This document shows, one piece after another, positions 28,350 to 39,499 of a stretch of DNA of 64,000 bases. The stretch is from the NCBI GenBank assembly GCA_902619835.1, contig CACNFS010000002.1, forward strand, positions 3,607 through 67,606. The letters run 5' to 3'. This DNA is from an uncultured Pelagibacteraceae bacterium (GTDB taxonomy: Bacteria > Pseudomonadota > Alphaproteobacteria > Pelagibacterales > Pelagibacteraceae). Under the pieces are notes generated by a model. That model was not told where the DNA came from. It saw only the letters and a program-made list of their open reading frames with translations, and ran no database searches. Each line of letters starts with the position of its first letter. The stretch's first letter is position 1. The translations under genes were made by a program, and so were the position numbers.

Positions 28350-28747
28350 TTAATAAAACTATTAATTAATAGAATTATAACTACTCCAATAAAATTTGCT
28401 ATTAAATCATATAATTCAAAAGCTCTATTAGGAACTATTAAGTGTAAAATTTCTAATAAGCATGAAATAAATATAATAACTAGATAATTAGTAAAAATAT
28501 TTTTAACTCTGAGCCTTACTATTATTGCTAATACAGTAATATAGGAAAAAAAAATAAAATGATTAATTGATGTTCCAATTGGATTAGATATTAAGTTTGG
28601 TTGTTTACCTAAGTTTCCGTATAAGAGATAACCTATTAAACTTCCAGGAAATAAATACAGAATGAGTAAAACTATTAATGAAAAATAGTAAACATACTCT
28701 GTTAATTTAAATATAGTATTTTTCATTATCGATTTAATATAGTACAT
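28331..28747 (-). CDS. VanZ-like membrane protein
   Basis: HF..F, E..H..VPNRAFE..D..AN..G motif. Confidence 0.75.
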   Translation of the reverse strand: MYYIKSIMKNTIFKLTEYVYYFSLIVLLILYLFPGSLIGYLLYGNLGKQPNLISNPIGTSINHFIFFSYITVLAIIVRLRVKNIFTNYLVIIFISCLLEILHLIVPNRAFELYDLIANFIGVVIILLINSFIKWQKNF

Positions 28748-28766
28748 AATAGCTACTTTAACTATT

Positions 28767-29486
28767 ATGACTAAACTAATTCTTACAAGACATGGGCAAA
28801 GTGATTGGAATGCAGAAAATAGGTTTACCGGATGGGTAGATGTCGATCTATCTAAAAAAGGAATCCTAGAAGCAGAAAAATCAGGTCAGCTTATTAAAGA
28901 ATTAAATATTAAAATTGATATTTCTTATACATCCTATTTAAAAAGAGCGATAAAAACTCTTACAACTATTCTTAAAAAAAATTGTCTAGAACTTAAGTTT
29001 AATACTGCATGGCAACTTAATGAAAGGCACTATGGATCTTTAACGGGTTTAAACAAAGAGGAAACAAAGAATAAAATTGGTGAAGTACAATTCAAAAATT
29101 ACAGGAGGTCCTGGGATATAGCTCCTCCGCCCATGGAGGAAAAAAGTGAATATCAAAATTTATTCAGTCCACTAAACGCTAGTATACCAGCGGGTATGAC
29201 GCCATTTACAGAATCTTTAAAAAACACTTACGACAGAGTAGTGCCGTTTTATGAAAATGAAATTAAGAAAAATCTTACTGAAAATAGAAATATTTTAATT
29301 TCAGCTCATGGAAACTCTCTTAGAGCCTTATGTAAATATTTATTTAATATTTCAGATGTAAAAATAAACGAATTAGAAATACCAACAGGTAATCCTCTAG
29401 TGGTCGAATTTGGTGAAAATTTAAAAATTGAAAAATATTATTATTTAGACAAGTCTAGAGCTAAGGATATAATTTTTAATCAATAA
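28767..29486 (+). CDS. gpmA: 2,3-BPG-dependent phosphoglycerate mutase
   Basis: RHGQS.WN, LNERHYG and AHGNSLRA motifs. Confidence 0.95.
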   Translation: MTKLILTRHGQSDWNAENRFTGWVDVDLSKKGILEAEKSGQLIKELNIKIDISYTSYLKRAIKTLTTILKKNCLELKFNTAWQLNERHYGSLTGLNKEETKNKIGEVQFKNYRRSWDIAPPPMEEKSEYQNLFSPLNASIPAGMTPFTESLKNTYDRVVPFYENEIKKNLTENRNILISAHGNSLRALCKYLFNISDVKINELEIPTGNPLVVEFGENLKIEKYYYLDKSRAKDIIFNQ

Positions 29487-30174
29487 GGTTAAGACTTATA
29501 ATTTTCTTATACATCTCAAAGGTGTTTAAGTGATAAAACTTTTGATTACTTTCTACGCCCAGTAACTTTTTATCTTTAATTAATTTATTCCATACTTTAT
29601 TCATTGAAAAAACTTCTGTTTTTTCGTTTATTAAAACGCCTCTATTTGTAATTTGTAATCCAGTAAAAATAAATTTATTTTCATCATCCTTTGAAATTTT
29701 TTCATTATTTAAATTAAAATCTCCTTTAAAAGAAGGATCGATAGATAATTTCTTGTTCACTAGAAGTAAGGTGGGATATTTAACTTTAAAATAAATCTCC
29801 TCTAGAGTCTTTAATTCTCCTAGGTAGCGATTACTCCAGACTGTATCTGGATTAATTACAAAAAATGGGCTATCTCCGAAATTTTTTGAACCCTTAAGGA
29901 CACCTCCACCTGTATCTAATAGTAAATCTTCTTCATTTGAGATTGTTATTCTTACTTGATATTTTTTTTTGTTAATGAATTTTTGAATCTGATCAGATAG
30001 GTAATGGACATTAATACTAATTTCATGGACACCATGACTAATCAGTAAATTTATGGCTCTTTCTAATAATGTAAGATTATTTATTTCTAATAATGGTTTT
30101 GGAGTTTTAAGAGTTAAAGGTTGCATTCTTTTCCCAAGACCTGCTGCCAAAATCATTCCGTGTTTAATGCTCAT
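29476..30174 (-). CDS. nucleotidyltransferase (MurU-like)
   Basis: MILAAGLGKRMQPLT..PKPL and LDTGGG; adjacent to an AmgK-like kinase. Confidence 0.85.
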   Translation of the reverse strand: MSIKHGMILAAGLGKRMQPLTLKTPKPLLEINNLTLLERAINLLISHGVHEISINVHYLSDQIQKFINKKKYQVRITISNEEDLLLDTGGGVLKGSKNFGDSPFFVINPDTVWSNRYLGELKTLEEIYFKVKYPTLLLVNKKLSIDPSFKGDFNLNNEKISKDDENKFIFTGLQITNRGVLINEKTEVFSMNKVWNKLIKDKKLLGVESNQKFYHLNTFEMYKKIISLNLID

Positions 30175-31133
30175 ATTTTATTTATTTTCTTAAGATTTTT
30201 AATAGGTAAGTGTTTATAAAATAATAATTTGAAATTTTTAAGCACAGGATTTTGTAATCTTTTTTCTATAAGCATCCAAGTGTAAGGTAAAAATTTAAGA
30301 TAATGATTTTTGTTATCTCTTTTAAATAAACGTACGAATATTCCTAATATTTTTAAATTTCTTTGGACTGATAAAATATCAAAGTCATTTTTTAATTTTT
30401 GAATATGATCGTTTTTAAGTTTTGAATTCTTATGATAAAAATCTAATAGTTTATTTTGTAATTGACTCGGTAATTTTATTCTTACATCGTCAATTAAGGA
30501 TGCTATATCATACAAAGGGTTTCCAATAATAGCATCTTGACTATCAATTATTCCTAATTTTTTTTTATGAATCATTATATTTGAAATATGAAAATCTCTA
30601 TGTACAAAAATATTATTTTGATAATTTAATTTTTTATAAACTTTATTTAATTCAGATCTTAATACTTTTTTTATATTAGTAATTTTTTTATTTTTAAGAA
30701 TATATTTTAAGTACCAATCAAAAAATAAATCGGACTCTTTATGAAGATTAGATAATGTATATTTTGGTATTTGAATTTTAAGCTTTTCAAATTTATAAAG
30801 TTTTTTTACTTTTATTTTTTGTATCTTTATTAATAATTTAACTACTAATTTGTAGCTATTAAACTTATTTTTTTTTGAAATTACGTGATCGTAGAAAGAT
30901 TTTTCTCCTAAATCAGATATTTCGATCATCTCATTTTTATAGTGATTACTTAATAATTTTGGTGCATTAATCTTATTGCTATTAAGAACATCATTAATCA
31001 CTGCGTATACAGCAAGATTTTTAAATTTTTCCTTTTTAGCAGAAACAATGATTGAGGTTTTTTTATCTTTTTTTAATCTATAAAATTCTCTAAAAGAAGC
31101 GTCCCCAGAAATTTTTTTTAATTTATATTTCAT
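30171..31133 (-). CDS. aminoglycoside-phosphotransferase-fold kinase (AmgK-like)
   Basis: GDASFR.FYR, HRDFH..N, ID.QDA and QRNLKILGIF.RL motifs; probable start MKYKL at 31133. Confidence 0.85.
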   Translation of the reverse strand: MKYKLKKISGDASFREFYRLKKDKKTSIIVSAKKEKFKNLAVYAVINDVLNSNKINAPKLLSNHYKNEMIEISDLGEKSFYDHVISKKNKFNSYKLVVKLLIKIQKIKVKKLYKFEKLKIQIPKYTLSNLHKESDLFFDWYLKYILKNKKITNIKKVLRSELNKVYKKLNYQNNIFVHRDFHISNIMIHKKKLGIIDSQDAIIGNPLYDIASLIDDVRIKLPSQLQNKLLDFYHKNSKLKNDHIQKLKNDFDILSVQRNLKILGIFVRLFKRDNKNHYLKFLPYTWMLIEKRLQNPVLKNFKLLFYKHLPIKNLKKINKI

Positions 31134-31575
31134 TTTCAAAATCTTTCCATTTGTGTTGCCCATAAATTTTCATTTTTCTTTCCTTATCATTTTCTATATA
31201 CTCTAAATGAATTTCTAATTTATTTATCAATGGTGTTTTAATTAAGTCTGGCCATTCTATAATTTTAACTGTTTTTTGATTTTCTGAGAAAATACCAAGA
31301 TTGTCTAATTCATCGGCTTTTTTTATTCTATAAAGATCATAATGCATAATCTTAAGATCTTTAATTTCATATTCATAAAGTAAGTTAAATGTAGGACTCA
31401 AAACTTCTGTTTCTTTAAGTTCTTTTTGATTTTGTAAGTTATTAATTAAAAATCTTGTGAATGTAGTCTTACCTACACCAATTTCACCAACTAAGAAGAT
31501 GCAATCTCCATTCTCTATTTTTTTTGAGATTGTTTTAGATATTTGATTTAAATGGTCTAAAGATTTTACAATCAT
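31123..31575 (-). CDS. tsaE: tRNA t6A biosynthesis ATPase
   Basis: GEIGVGKTTF, SPTF, HYDLYR and IEW motifs. Confidence 0.93.
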   Translation of the reverse strand: MIVKSLDHLNQISKTISKKIENGDCIFLVGEIGVGKTTFTRFLINNLQNQKELKETEVLSPTFNLLYEYEIKDLKIMHYDLYRIKKADELDNLGIFSENQKTVKIIEWPDLIKTPLINKLEIHLEYIENDKERKMKIYGQHKWKDFENEI

Positions 31576-31584
31576 TTGCTACTG

Positions 31585-32874
31585 TTAGTAGCGATAAGTA
31601 TCTGGTTTAAATGGTCCTGATGGTTTAACGCTTATATAATCGGCTTGCTCTTTTGACATTTTTGTTAATTTAGCTCCCACTTTTTCTAAATGAAGCATTG
31701 CAACTTTTTCATCAAGATGTTTGGGAAGTACATAAACTTTCTTCTCATATTTATTCGAATTATTCCATAATTCAATTTGAGCAATAACTTGATTTGTAAA
31801 TGAAGCGCTCATCACAAAACTAGGGTGCCCTGTAGCGCATCCAAGGTTAACTAATCTTCCCTCTGCTAAAAGAATTATCCTTTTTTTACTAGGCAATTCA
31901 ATTTCATGAACTTGAGGTTTTATTTCATCCCATTTATAATTTTTCAATGCTTCAACTTGAATTTCGTTATCAAAGTGACCGATATTACAAAGTATTGCTC
32001 TGTCTTTCATATTTCTCATATGATCTGCTGTAACTATATCTTTATTTCCTGTAGCAGTTACAACTATATCTGCGTCTTTAATAGCTTCATCCATAACAAC
32101 AACTTCGAAGCCTTCCATAGCAGCTTGTAACGCACATATAGGGTCTGTCTCCGTAACCATAACTCTAGCACCTGCTTGACGTAATGAAGCTGCACTTCCT
32201 TTACCAACATCTCCAAATCCAGCTACAATGGCTACTTTACCTGACATCATTACGTCAGTTGCTCTTTTTATTCCGTCAACTAAACTTTCTCTACAACCAT
32301 AGAGGTTATCGAATTTAGATTTTGTAACTGAGTCATTTACGTTGATAGCAGGGATTAATAATTCTTTATTAGACTCCATTTTTTTAAGTGCTAAAACTCC
32401 CGTTGTAGTTTCTTCTGAAACTCCCTTAACATCTTTTAATAAGTTTTTATAATCTTTATGCATTAAAGCAGTAAGATCGCCACCGTCATCTAAAATCAGA
32501 TTTGGTTTCCAATCTTTGTTTCCTTCAATAGTTTGTTTAACACACCACCAGTACTCTTCCTCGGTCTCACCTTTCCAAGCAAATACAGGAATACCTGCTT
32601 TTGCTATTGCAGCTGCTGCATGATCTTGTGTTGAAAAAATATTACAAGAAGACCATCTAACTTCTGCTCCTAACTCTACCAAAGTTTCAATTAAAACTGC
32701 AGTTTGTATTGTCATGTGAAGACAGCCTAGGATTTTTGCACCCTTTAAAGGCTTTTGGCCTTTATACTCTTTCCTCAAAGCCATAAGTCCTGGCATTTCC
32801 GTTTCTGCTAAAGAAATTTCTTTTCTACCAAAATCGGCTTGGCTGATGTCTTTTACTTTATAATCTTGCGCCAT
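31585..32874 (-). CDS. ahcY: adenosylhomocysteinase
   Basis: [24 protein letters not shown] and [13 protein letters not shown]; probable start MAQDY at 32874. Confidence 0.97.
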   Translation of the reverse strand: MAQDYKVKDISQADFGRKEISLAETEMPGLMALRKEYKGQKPLKGAKILGCLHMTIQTAVLIETLVELGAEVRWSSCNIFSTQDHAAAAIAKAGIPVFAWKGETEEEYWWCVKQTIEGNKDWKPNLILDDGGDLTALMHKDYKNLLKDVKGVSEETTTGVLALKKMESNKELLIPAINVNDSVTKSKFDNLYGCRESLVDGIKRATDVMMSGKVAIVAGFGDVGKGSAASLRQAGARVMVTETDPICALQAAMEGFEVVVMDEAIKDADIVVTATGNKDIVTADHMRNMKDRAILCNIGHFDNEIQVEALKNYKWDEIKPQVHEIELPSKKRIILLAEGRLVNLGCATGHPSFVMSASFTNQVIAQIELWNNSNKYEKKVYVLPKHLDEKVAMLHLEKVGAKLTKMSKEQADYISVKPSGPFKPDTYRY

Positions 32875-32922
32875 ATTGAAGGAGTTATTATCAACATAAA
32901 TAAACCATAGCAAGAAATAATG

Positions 32923-34443
32923 TTAGGAAAATTTAGGAAGTAAAACCTCAACCTGTGCTCCTTTTGCATTCAGCCTATTTGAAGCTGCTATTGTGCCTTT
33001 ATGTAATTGGACAATATTTTTTACAATATTCAAGCCTAGGCCAGAATGTTTTCCAAAACTTGTGGGTCTATTACTGTAAAAACGTTTAAAGATTTTCTGA
33101 GGTGATGTTTCAGCAAAACCAGGTCCCTCGTCTTTAACTGATAGTAATATATTGTTTGAAGTTTCTTCAAGACCGATTTCAATTTTTTGATTATCTTGAC
33201 TGAAGGAAATAGAGTTATCTAATAGGTTCGCAATAACCTGTTCTATTCTATTACTAATACCAAATATAAAATATCCGTTTTTACTTTTAATTTGATTTAT
33301 GACTCTTATCTCAATTTTTTTATTTTGGTTAATTAAATCTTGGTTAAAATCTTCGACTACGCTATTAATAATTTCAATTAAGTTTATTTTACTCATTTTC
33401 TCACGAGATAAAGACGCTTCATCTTTAAGCATTTGAGTATAATCCGTTATTAATCTCTCTATTCGTTCGGCATCATGATTTATTATTTTAAGAAGTTTTT
33501 CACCCTCATTTTTTTCAGTAGTTTTATCTAAAAGTTCTGAGGCGCTTTTTAAAGATGCAAGTGGATTTCTTATTTCGTGAGCTAAATCATTTGAAAATGT
33601 TTCTGCTCTATTAGTTCGTTGCTGTAATTCTTGAGTCATTTCATCAATTGACTGAGTTAATTTTCCTATTTCATCATTTCTTATAAAAACTTTATTTATA
33701 TCGATTGTCTGATTAGATTTTTTTTTTATTCCATCACTAAATTTAACTAAAAGTCCAATTGGTTTTAAAATATACTTATTTAAAAAAAGTGAGAAAATTA
33801 AAATTACAATTACAACAGCAATCATAGTTCTTATAATAAATGCTTTTCTCTCTTTTACAGCAATAGTGATATCATTTGCTTGCTCGGAAACTACTATGTA
33901 CCCGATATCATCATTTTTAAATTTAATTTTACTTAGTGTACTTACAAAAAAATTATTTTTTTCGTCATTAGTGAGAGTCATTATTTCATCATTATACTTA
34001 TTCGTGATGATATCCTTAATTTCATCAATTTCCTCCTCTTCAAATCTTTCCTCAATCTTAGGTGAAATTGTTTCACCCCCCAAAACTTCCTTAAAAATTA
34101 TGTCTGATCCTGTAAAAACACTTTGATCCAAATCTAAAATATTTGTGTCACCGATGAGATTTCCAGATAAATCATAAAATTGAACACGGTCTAAACTTTG
34201 AAACAAAAATCTTGTAGAAATTAGGAAATCTCTAATTCCTTCCTTAGTGTATTCTATATTAAGTCTTTCGAGGTTATCCTTAGTGTTATTAATTACTATT
34301 TTATGATTATCTGATCTTTCTTTTACTAAGGTTGGCTGAATTGCTTCAAGATATATAATTGTAAAAAGTCCTAAAACAGAAAAGACTGTAAGGTTAATTA
34401 TTAAAAACTTCTTTAGAATAGAAGCTGATTTTTTTTGTTTCAT
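32923..34443 (-). CDS. chvG: sensor histidine kinase ChvG/ExoS-like
   Basis: TM-HAMP, AHEIRNPL, NLLDN, IFKRFY and SGLGL motifs; coupled to chvI upstream of ahcY. Confidence 0.85.
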   Translation of the reverse strand: MKQKKSASILKKFLIINLTVFSVLGLFTIIYLEAIQPTLVKERSDNHKIVINNTKDNLERLNIEYTKEGIRDFLISTRFLFQSLDRVQFYDLSGNLIGDTNILDLDQSVFTGSDIIFKEVLGGETISPKIEERFEEEEIDEIKDIITNKYNDEIMTLTNDEKNNFFVSTLSKIKFKNDDIGYIVVSEQANDITIAVKERKAFIIRTMIAVVIVILIFSLFLNKYILKPIGLLVKFSDGIKKKSNQTIDINKVFIRNDEIGKLTQSIDEMTQELQQRTNRAETFSNDLAHEIRNPLASLKSASELLDKTTEKNEGEKLLKIINHDAERIERLITDYTQMLKDEASLSREKMSKINLIEIINSVVEDFNQDLINQNKKIEIRVINQIKSKNGYFIFGISNRIEQVIANLLDNSISFSQDNQKIEIGLEETSNNILLSVKDEGPGFAETSPQKIFKRFYSNRPTSFGKHSGLGLNIVKNIVQLHKGTIAASNRLNAKGAQVEVLLPKFS

Positions 34444-35141
34444 TAGCTAACATTCCATCTATACCCGCTTCCATATCTAGTTTCAATTGCAGAAAACTTT
34501 TCATCAACTTTTTTAAACTTTTTTCTTATTCTTTTTACGTGACTATCAATAGTTCTATCTTCAATTTCCGTATTTTCCTTATAAGCTATATCCATTAAGT
34601 GCGCTCTTTCCTTAATAACCCCAGGCCTTTTAGCTAATTCTTTTACAATTAAAAATTCTGTAGTAGTCAGCTTATCTGGCAAAGCTTTACCATTCCATTC
34701 ACACTCTAACTGTGCAGGATCTAATTTTAATTTACCATGACTAATAATATTTTTTGTGTCATCTACAGTATTAGTTTTTTTTCTAAGTTGAACTCTTATC
34801 CTTTCGATTAAAACTTTAGTGGAAAAACCTCCAGATTTTTTGACAAAATCATCAGCACCTAACTTTAAACCAAGCAGTTCATCAACTTCATCGTCTTTTG
34901 ATGTTAAGAAAATTATTGGAATTGACAATTTCTTTTTAAGTTTTTTGAGCAACTCTTCTCCATCCAACCTAGGCATTTTGATATCTAAAATTGCTAAGTC
35001 AGGTGGATTTCTAGTCAGCCCAATTAAGGCGGATTCTCCGTCAATATAAGTTTGAACTTTAAAACCCTCTCTCTCTAAAGCCATACTAATGCTAGTTAGT
35101 ATATTTCTATCATCATCAACTAAAGCTATTGTTTGAGTCAT
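34443..35141 (-). CDS. chvI: OmpR-family response regulator ChvI
   Basis: IALVDDDRNILTS and DRTIDSHVKRIRKKF motifs. Confidence 0.92.
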   Translation of the reverse strand: MTQTIALVDDDRNILTSISMALEREGFKVQTYIDGESALIGLTRNPPDLAILDIKMPRLDGEELLKKLKKKLSIPIIFLTSKDDEVDELLGLKLGADDFVKKSGGFSTKVLIERIRVQLRKKTNTVDDTKNIISHGKLKLDPAQLECEWNGKALPDKLTTTEFLIVKELAKRPGVIKERAHLMDIAYKENTEIEDRTIDSHVKRIRKKFKKVDEKFSAIETRYGSGYRWNVS

Positions 35142-35180
35142 ATATTTATTTTCTTAATTATATTGTCAAAATTTAGGCGT

Positions 35181-37943
35181 TTAATGAGCTTCTCCCCAGT
35201 TGTTTCCAGAACTAATATTAACTTCTAAAGGTATTGAAAACATGTGATGATCCGAACTTGAGACGGATGTCATTGCCTCTTTAATAATTTTTTTCACTTC
35301 ATTCTCATCTTTTTTAGAACACTCAAAAATAAGTTCATCATGTATTTGGAGAAGCATATTTGCTTTCTTTTTTTCTTCGAGAATTTTATCAATTTTAATC
35401 ATTGCTAATCTGATGATATCCGCAGCTGATCCTTGTATTGGAGCATTTATAGCTGCTCTCTCCTGAAATGCTCTAACACTGAAATTTTTATCGTTAATAC
35501 CTCTTAAATGAATTCTTCTTCCGAAGATATTTGTTACAAAACCTTGCTTTCTGCAAGTTTTAATAGTTGTATTCATATAATCTTTTATTTCAGGAAATTT
35601 TTTAAAATATGAATTAATAAAACTTAATGCTTTATCATTTGATACTGATATTTGTTTTGCTAGTCCATATTGCGTTATTCCATAGATAATGCCAAAATTA
35701 ATAGCTTTTGCTTTTCTTCTAAAGTCCTCTGTTACCTTTGAAATTGGTACCTCAAAGACTTGGCTCGCTGTCAAAGAATGTATATCTTGATTGTTCTTAA
35801 AAGCTTTTTTCAATTCTTTTACATCAGCCATATCGGCAAGAATTCTCATTTCTATTTGATTATAATCTGCCGAAATAAGTAAATTATTTTTATCTGCTAC
35901 AAAAGCTTTTCTTATCTGTTTACCATCTGGAGTTTTTATAGGAATATTTTGTAAATTAGGGTCGCTTGAAGCTAGCCTGCCAGTATTTGTTGCAGCTAGT
36001 AAGAAGGAGGTGTGAACTCTTTTTGTTTTTTTACTTATATGTTCCTGTAAAGCATCTGTGTAAGTGCTTTTTAGTTTTGAAACTTGGCGCCACTCTAAAA
36101 CTAAGGTAGGAAATTTATGTCCTGATAAAGCTAAATCCTCTAAGATCTTCGCACTTGTAGCTAATCCACCTTTTTTTGTTTTTTTTAATTTTGCTATTTT
36201 TAAGTCATTATAAATAATATCTCCTAGTTGTTTAGGTGATGCTATATTAAATTTTTTACCCGATATATTGTAAATATCTTTTTCAATAGTTTCTAATCTT
36301 TCTTCAAATTTCTTAGAAAGTTTTTTGAGATAGGAGTCATCAACTTTTATGCCACTTGTTTCAAGCTTTGAAAGAATTTTTATCATTGGCTTTTCAAATT
36401 CCTCGTAAATTCTTTGTAATTTTTCCTGCGTAACTCTTTCATATAAAATTTCATATAATCTTAAAGTTATATCTGCATCTTCGGCGGCATATTCAGTGGC
36501 AGATTTAAGATCGACTTCAGAAAAATTTAGTTGTTTTTTTCCGGTACCCACTAAATCTTTGTAAGAAATGGTTTTGTGACCTAGATGTAATTCAGATAGA
36601 GTGTCCATATTATGTCTATTGTTTCCAGCATCTAATGTGTACGAGAGTAACATCGTGTCTTCTACTGAGTTTAATTTAATACCGTGATTTTTAAATATAA
36701 TAAAATCATATTTTATATTTTGACCAACTTTTTTTATACTTGGGTCTTCTAAAATTGGTTTAAGTTTTTTTAATACATGATCCTTTTTTAATTCTGTTTT
36801 TTCTTTATGACCAACTGGGATATAGAAAGCCTCGTTGATTTCATAGCATACTGATACACCAACTAAATCTGCTTCTTGTGGATTTAGTGATGAGGTTTCA
36901 GTATCAACTGCTATAACTGATTTTTCATTTAATTTTCTTATTAATTCATCTAATTGCTTTTCTTTTAAAATAGTTTTGTAGCTCTTAGTATTTATCTTAT
37001 TGTTTTTTTTAATTGGTTTTTTTTCATTGAAATTATTACCGGGCTCACCATAAAAACTAATTGCTTGGCTTAGCAATCTATTAAATTCCATCTCTCTTAA
37101 AAAATCATACAGTTTATCTTTTTTAATATCTTTAATTAAAAAATCAGTTGGACTGTTTTTTAATGGAACATCATCTTTTAAAGTAACTAATTTCTTACTA
37201 ATCACAGCTTTATCTTTGTTAGAAAGCAATGTTTCTCTTCTTTTATTTTGGGGTATTTCTGATGCTTTATTTAATAAATTTTCTAAAGTTTTATATTTAT
37301 TAATAAGTTCTGCTGCTGTTTTGATACCTATACCTGGAACTCCTGGAACATTATCTGAACTATCGCCTGCAAGCGATTGTACATCAATTACTTGATCGGG
37401 TTTTACTCCAAATTTTTCAATTACTTCTTTTTCCCCTATGACTTTACTTTTCATCGGGTCAAATAGTCTGACTTTGTTTGAAACTAGTTGCATTAAGTCT
37501 TTATCTGACGAAATAACAGTAACTTTGGCTCCAGCCTGTGTAATTTTTTTTGCATAAGTTGCTATAAGATCATCTGCTTCATAATTTAAAAGTTCGACCG
37601 ATGGTAAGTTGAAAGCTTCGACAGATTTTCTTATATACTCAAATTGAGGTGCAAGATCTTCGGGTGCTTCTGATCTATTAGCTTTATAATCACTATAAAT
37701 TTCGTTTCTGAAATTTTTTCTTGCAGAGTCAAATATAACAGCAAAGTGCGTTGGCTTATTTTTAGAGTCATCAGATCTTGCATCTTCTAAAAGTTTGAAA
37801 AGCATTGAGCAAAAACCACTAACAGCTCCGGTAGGTAATCCATCACTTTTTCTAGATAGTGGAGGTAACGCGTAATAAGCTCGAAAGATATAACCTGATC
37901 CGTCTATGAGATAAAAATGATCTGTTTTTTTTATTGTACTCAT
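35181..37943 (-). CDS. polA: DNA polymerase I
   Basis: 5'-exo (IDGS, EADD), DTET, ADYNQIEMR, KAINFGIIYG and QIHDEL motifs. Confidence 0.98.
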   Translation of the reverse strand: MSTIKKTDHFYLIDGSGYIFRAYYALPPLSRKSDGLPTGAVSGFCSMLFKLLEDARSDDSKNKPTHFAVIFDSARKNFRNEIYSDYKANRSEAPEDLAPQFEYIRKSVEAFNLPSVELLNYEADDLIATYAKKITQAGAKVTVISSDKDLMQLVSNKVRLFDPMKSKVIGEKEVIEKFGVKPDQVIDVQSLAGDSSDNVPGVPGIGIKTAAELINKYKTLENLLNKASEIPQNKRRETLLSNKDKAVISKKLVTLKDDVPLKNSPTDFLIKDIKKDKLYDFLREMEFNRLLSQAISFYGEPGNNFNEKKPIKKNNKINTKSYKTILKEKQLDELIRKLNEKSVIAVDTETSSLNPQEADLVGVSVCYEINEAFYIPVGHKEKTELKKDHVLKKLKPILEDPSIKKVGQNIKYDFIIFKNHGIKLNSVEDTMLLSYTLDAGNNRHNMDTLSELHLGHKTISYKDLVGTGKKQLNFSEVDLKSATEYAAEDADITLRLYEILYERVTQEKLQRIYEEFEKPMIKILSKLETSGIKVDDSYLKKLSKKFEERLETIEKDIYNISGKKFNIASPKQLGDIIYNDLKIAKLKKTKKGGLATSAKILEDLALSGHKFPTLVLEWRQVSKLKSTYTDALQEHISKKTKRVHTSFLLAATNTGRLASSDPNLQNIPIKTPDGKQIRKAFVADKNNLLISADYNQIEMRILADMADVKELKKAFKNNQDIHSLTASQVFEVPISKVTEDFRRKAKAINFGIIYGITQYGLAKQISVSNDKALSFINSYFKKFPEIKDYMNTTIKTCRKQGFVTNIFGRRIHLRGINDKNFSVRAFQERAAINAPIQGSAADIIRLAMIKIDKILEEKKKANMLLQIHDELIFECSKKDENEVKKIIKEAMTSVSSSDHHMFSIPLEVNISSGNNWGEAH

Positions 37944-37986
37944 ATATACATATTACATTGAATTTTAACTTAAGATTATAAAAACC

Positions 37987-38916
37987 ATGCCAAAAAATGC
38001 ATTAACTGTTGAAAATCTAACAAAGATTTACTCTAACTCTAAAACAAAAAAACAAAACAAGGCATTGAATGAATTAACTTTTGAGGTAAAACAAGGTGAA
38101 GTATTCGGTCTGCTTGGTCCTAACGGGGCTGGTAAAACAACTTTTTTAAGCATCCTCGGAGGTACTGTAGTAAAGACAAGTGGTAAAGTTAATGTTTGGG
38201 GTTTTGATTTAGATCAAAATCCCCGCCAGGTAAGAGCATCTGTAGGAATAGTTCCTCAAGAAGTAAATTTGGATGCTTTTTTTAGCCCTAGAAAACTTCT
38301 TGAGCTTCAAGCTGGACTTTATGGTGTTTCAAATAAAGATACGATAACTGACCTAATACTAAAAATAGTAGCATTAGAAGATAAAGCTAATGCATACTCA
38401 AGAAGCTTATCTGGTGGAATGAAAAGAAGATTGCTTATCGCAAAAGCAATGGTACACCAGCCTCCGATTTTGATTCTAGATGAACCAACTGCAGGTGTAG
38501 ATGTTGAACTTAGAAATAATCTTTGGGAAAATGTAAAAAAACTCAATAAAGAAGGAGTAACGATTATACTTACTACACACTATTTGATCGAGGCACAAGA
38601 AATGTGTAATCGAATCGCAATTATTGATAAAGGAAATTTAGTAGCCTTAGATACCACTGAAAAATTGCTCGAACGTATTAAAACAAAAAAGATCAGGTTA
38701 AAAGTTGCAAACTTTGATTTAAATAAAAATTTATCTATGAAAAATATTAATTTTAAAATAAATTCCAAAAATAGTATTTTAGTAACGTATGAAAAAAATT
38801 TATCAAATTTTAACGAGATAACTAATTATCTAAATCAAAATAACATCAAAATTGAGGATATTTCAACTGAGGATGGTGATTTAGAGGATGTTTTTGTCCA
38901 ACTAACAAAACACTAG
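37987..38916 (+). CDS. ABC transporter ATP-binding protein (ABC-2 type)
   Basis: GPNGAGKT, LSGGM, LDEPT and TTHY motifs. Confidence 0.92.
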   Translation: MPKNALTVENLTKIYSNSKTKKQNKALNELTFEVKQGEVFGLLGPNGAGKTTFLSILGGTVVKTSGKVNVWGFDLDQNPRQVRASVGIVPQEVNLDAFFSPRKLLELQAGLYGVSNKDTITDLILKIVALEDKANAYSRSLSGGMKRRLLIAKAMVHQPPILILDEPTAGVDVELRNNLWENVKKLNKEGVTIILTTHYLIEAQEMCNRIAIIDKGNLVALDTTEKLLERIKTKKIRLKVANFDLNKNLSMKNINFKINSKNSILVTYEKNLSNFNEITNYLNQNNIKIEDISTEDGDLEDVFVQLTKH

Positions 38917-38947
38917 ATTTTATTAAAAAAAAAGATAAATTAGATTA

Positions 38948-39499
38948 ATGGAATTTGTTAAAACTTTAAAACAAACAAAAATACTAAAATATCTTTTTAT
39001 TGCTTTGATAGGCTCGATACTTTTAGCGGTCTCTTCAAAAATTAAGATACCTTTTTATCCTGTGCCGATGACAATGCAAACCTTTGTTATTTTATTCATT
39101 GGTATAGCATTTGGCTGGAGGCTAGGATTGTTGACAGTATGTTTATATTTATTTGAAGGTATGATTGGGCTACCAGTTTTTTCAGGCACTCCAGAGAAAG
39201 GTTTGGGATTAATATACTTTACAGGTCCTACTATGGGATATCTAATTGGTTTTATATTGACTGTATACTTAGCTGGAAAATTTACTTACGATAGTAATTT
39301 ATTTAAAACTTTTCTAAAATTGGTCTTTGCAATAAGTTTTATTTATATTTTAGGAGCTCTTTGGTTAGGAAATCTTATTGGGTGGGAAAAACCAATATTC
39401 AAGTTAGGTGTTCAGCCGTTTTTGTTAGCGGAGTTATTTAAAATAATTATAATTACTTTATTAGCAAATCAAATTAAAAAAATTAGACAAATTATTTAA
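38948..39499 (+). CDS. bioY: biotin transporter BioY
   Basis: PVPMTMQT, GLPVF and GPTMGYL motifs. Confidence 0.9.
   Translation: MEFVKTLKQTKILKYLFIALIGSILLAVSSKIKIPFYPVPMTMQTFVILFIGIAFGWRLGLLTVCLYLFEGMIGLPVFSGTPEKGLGLIYFTGPTMGYLIGFILTVYLAGKFTYDSNLFKTFLKLVFAISFIYILGALWLGNLIGWEKPIFKLGVQPFLLAELFKIIIITLLANQIKKIRQII

Noticed and set aside
32875-32922. SAM/SAH riboswitch before ahcY
   Set aside because: The gap is under 50 bp with no recognisable aptamer.
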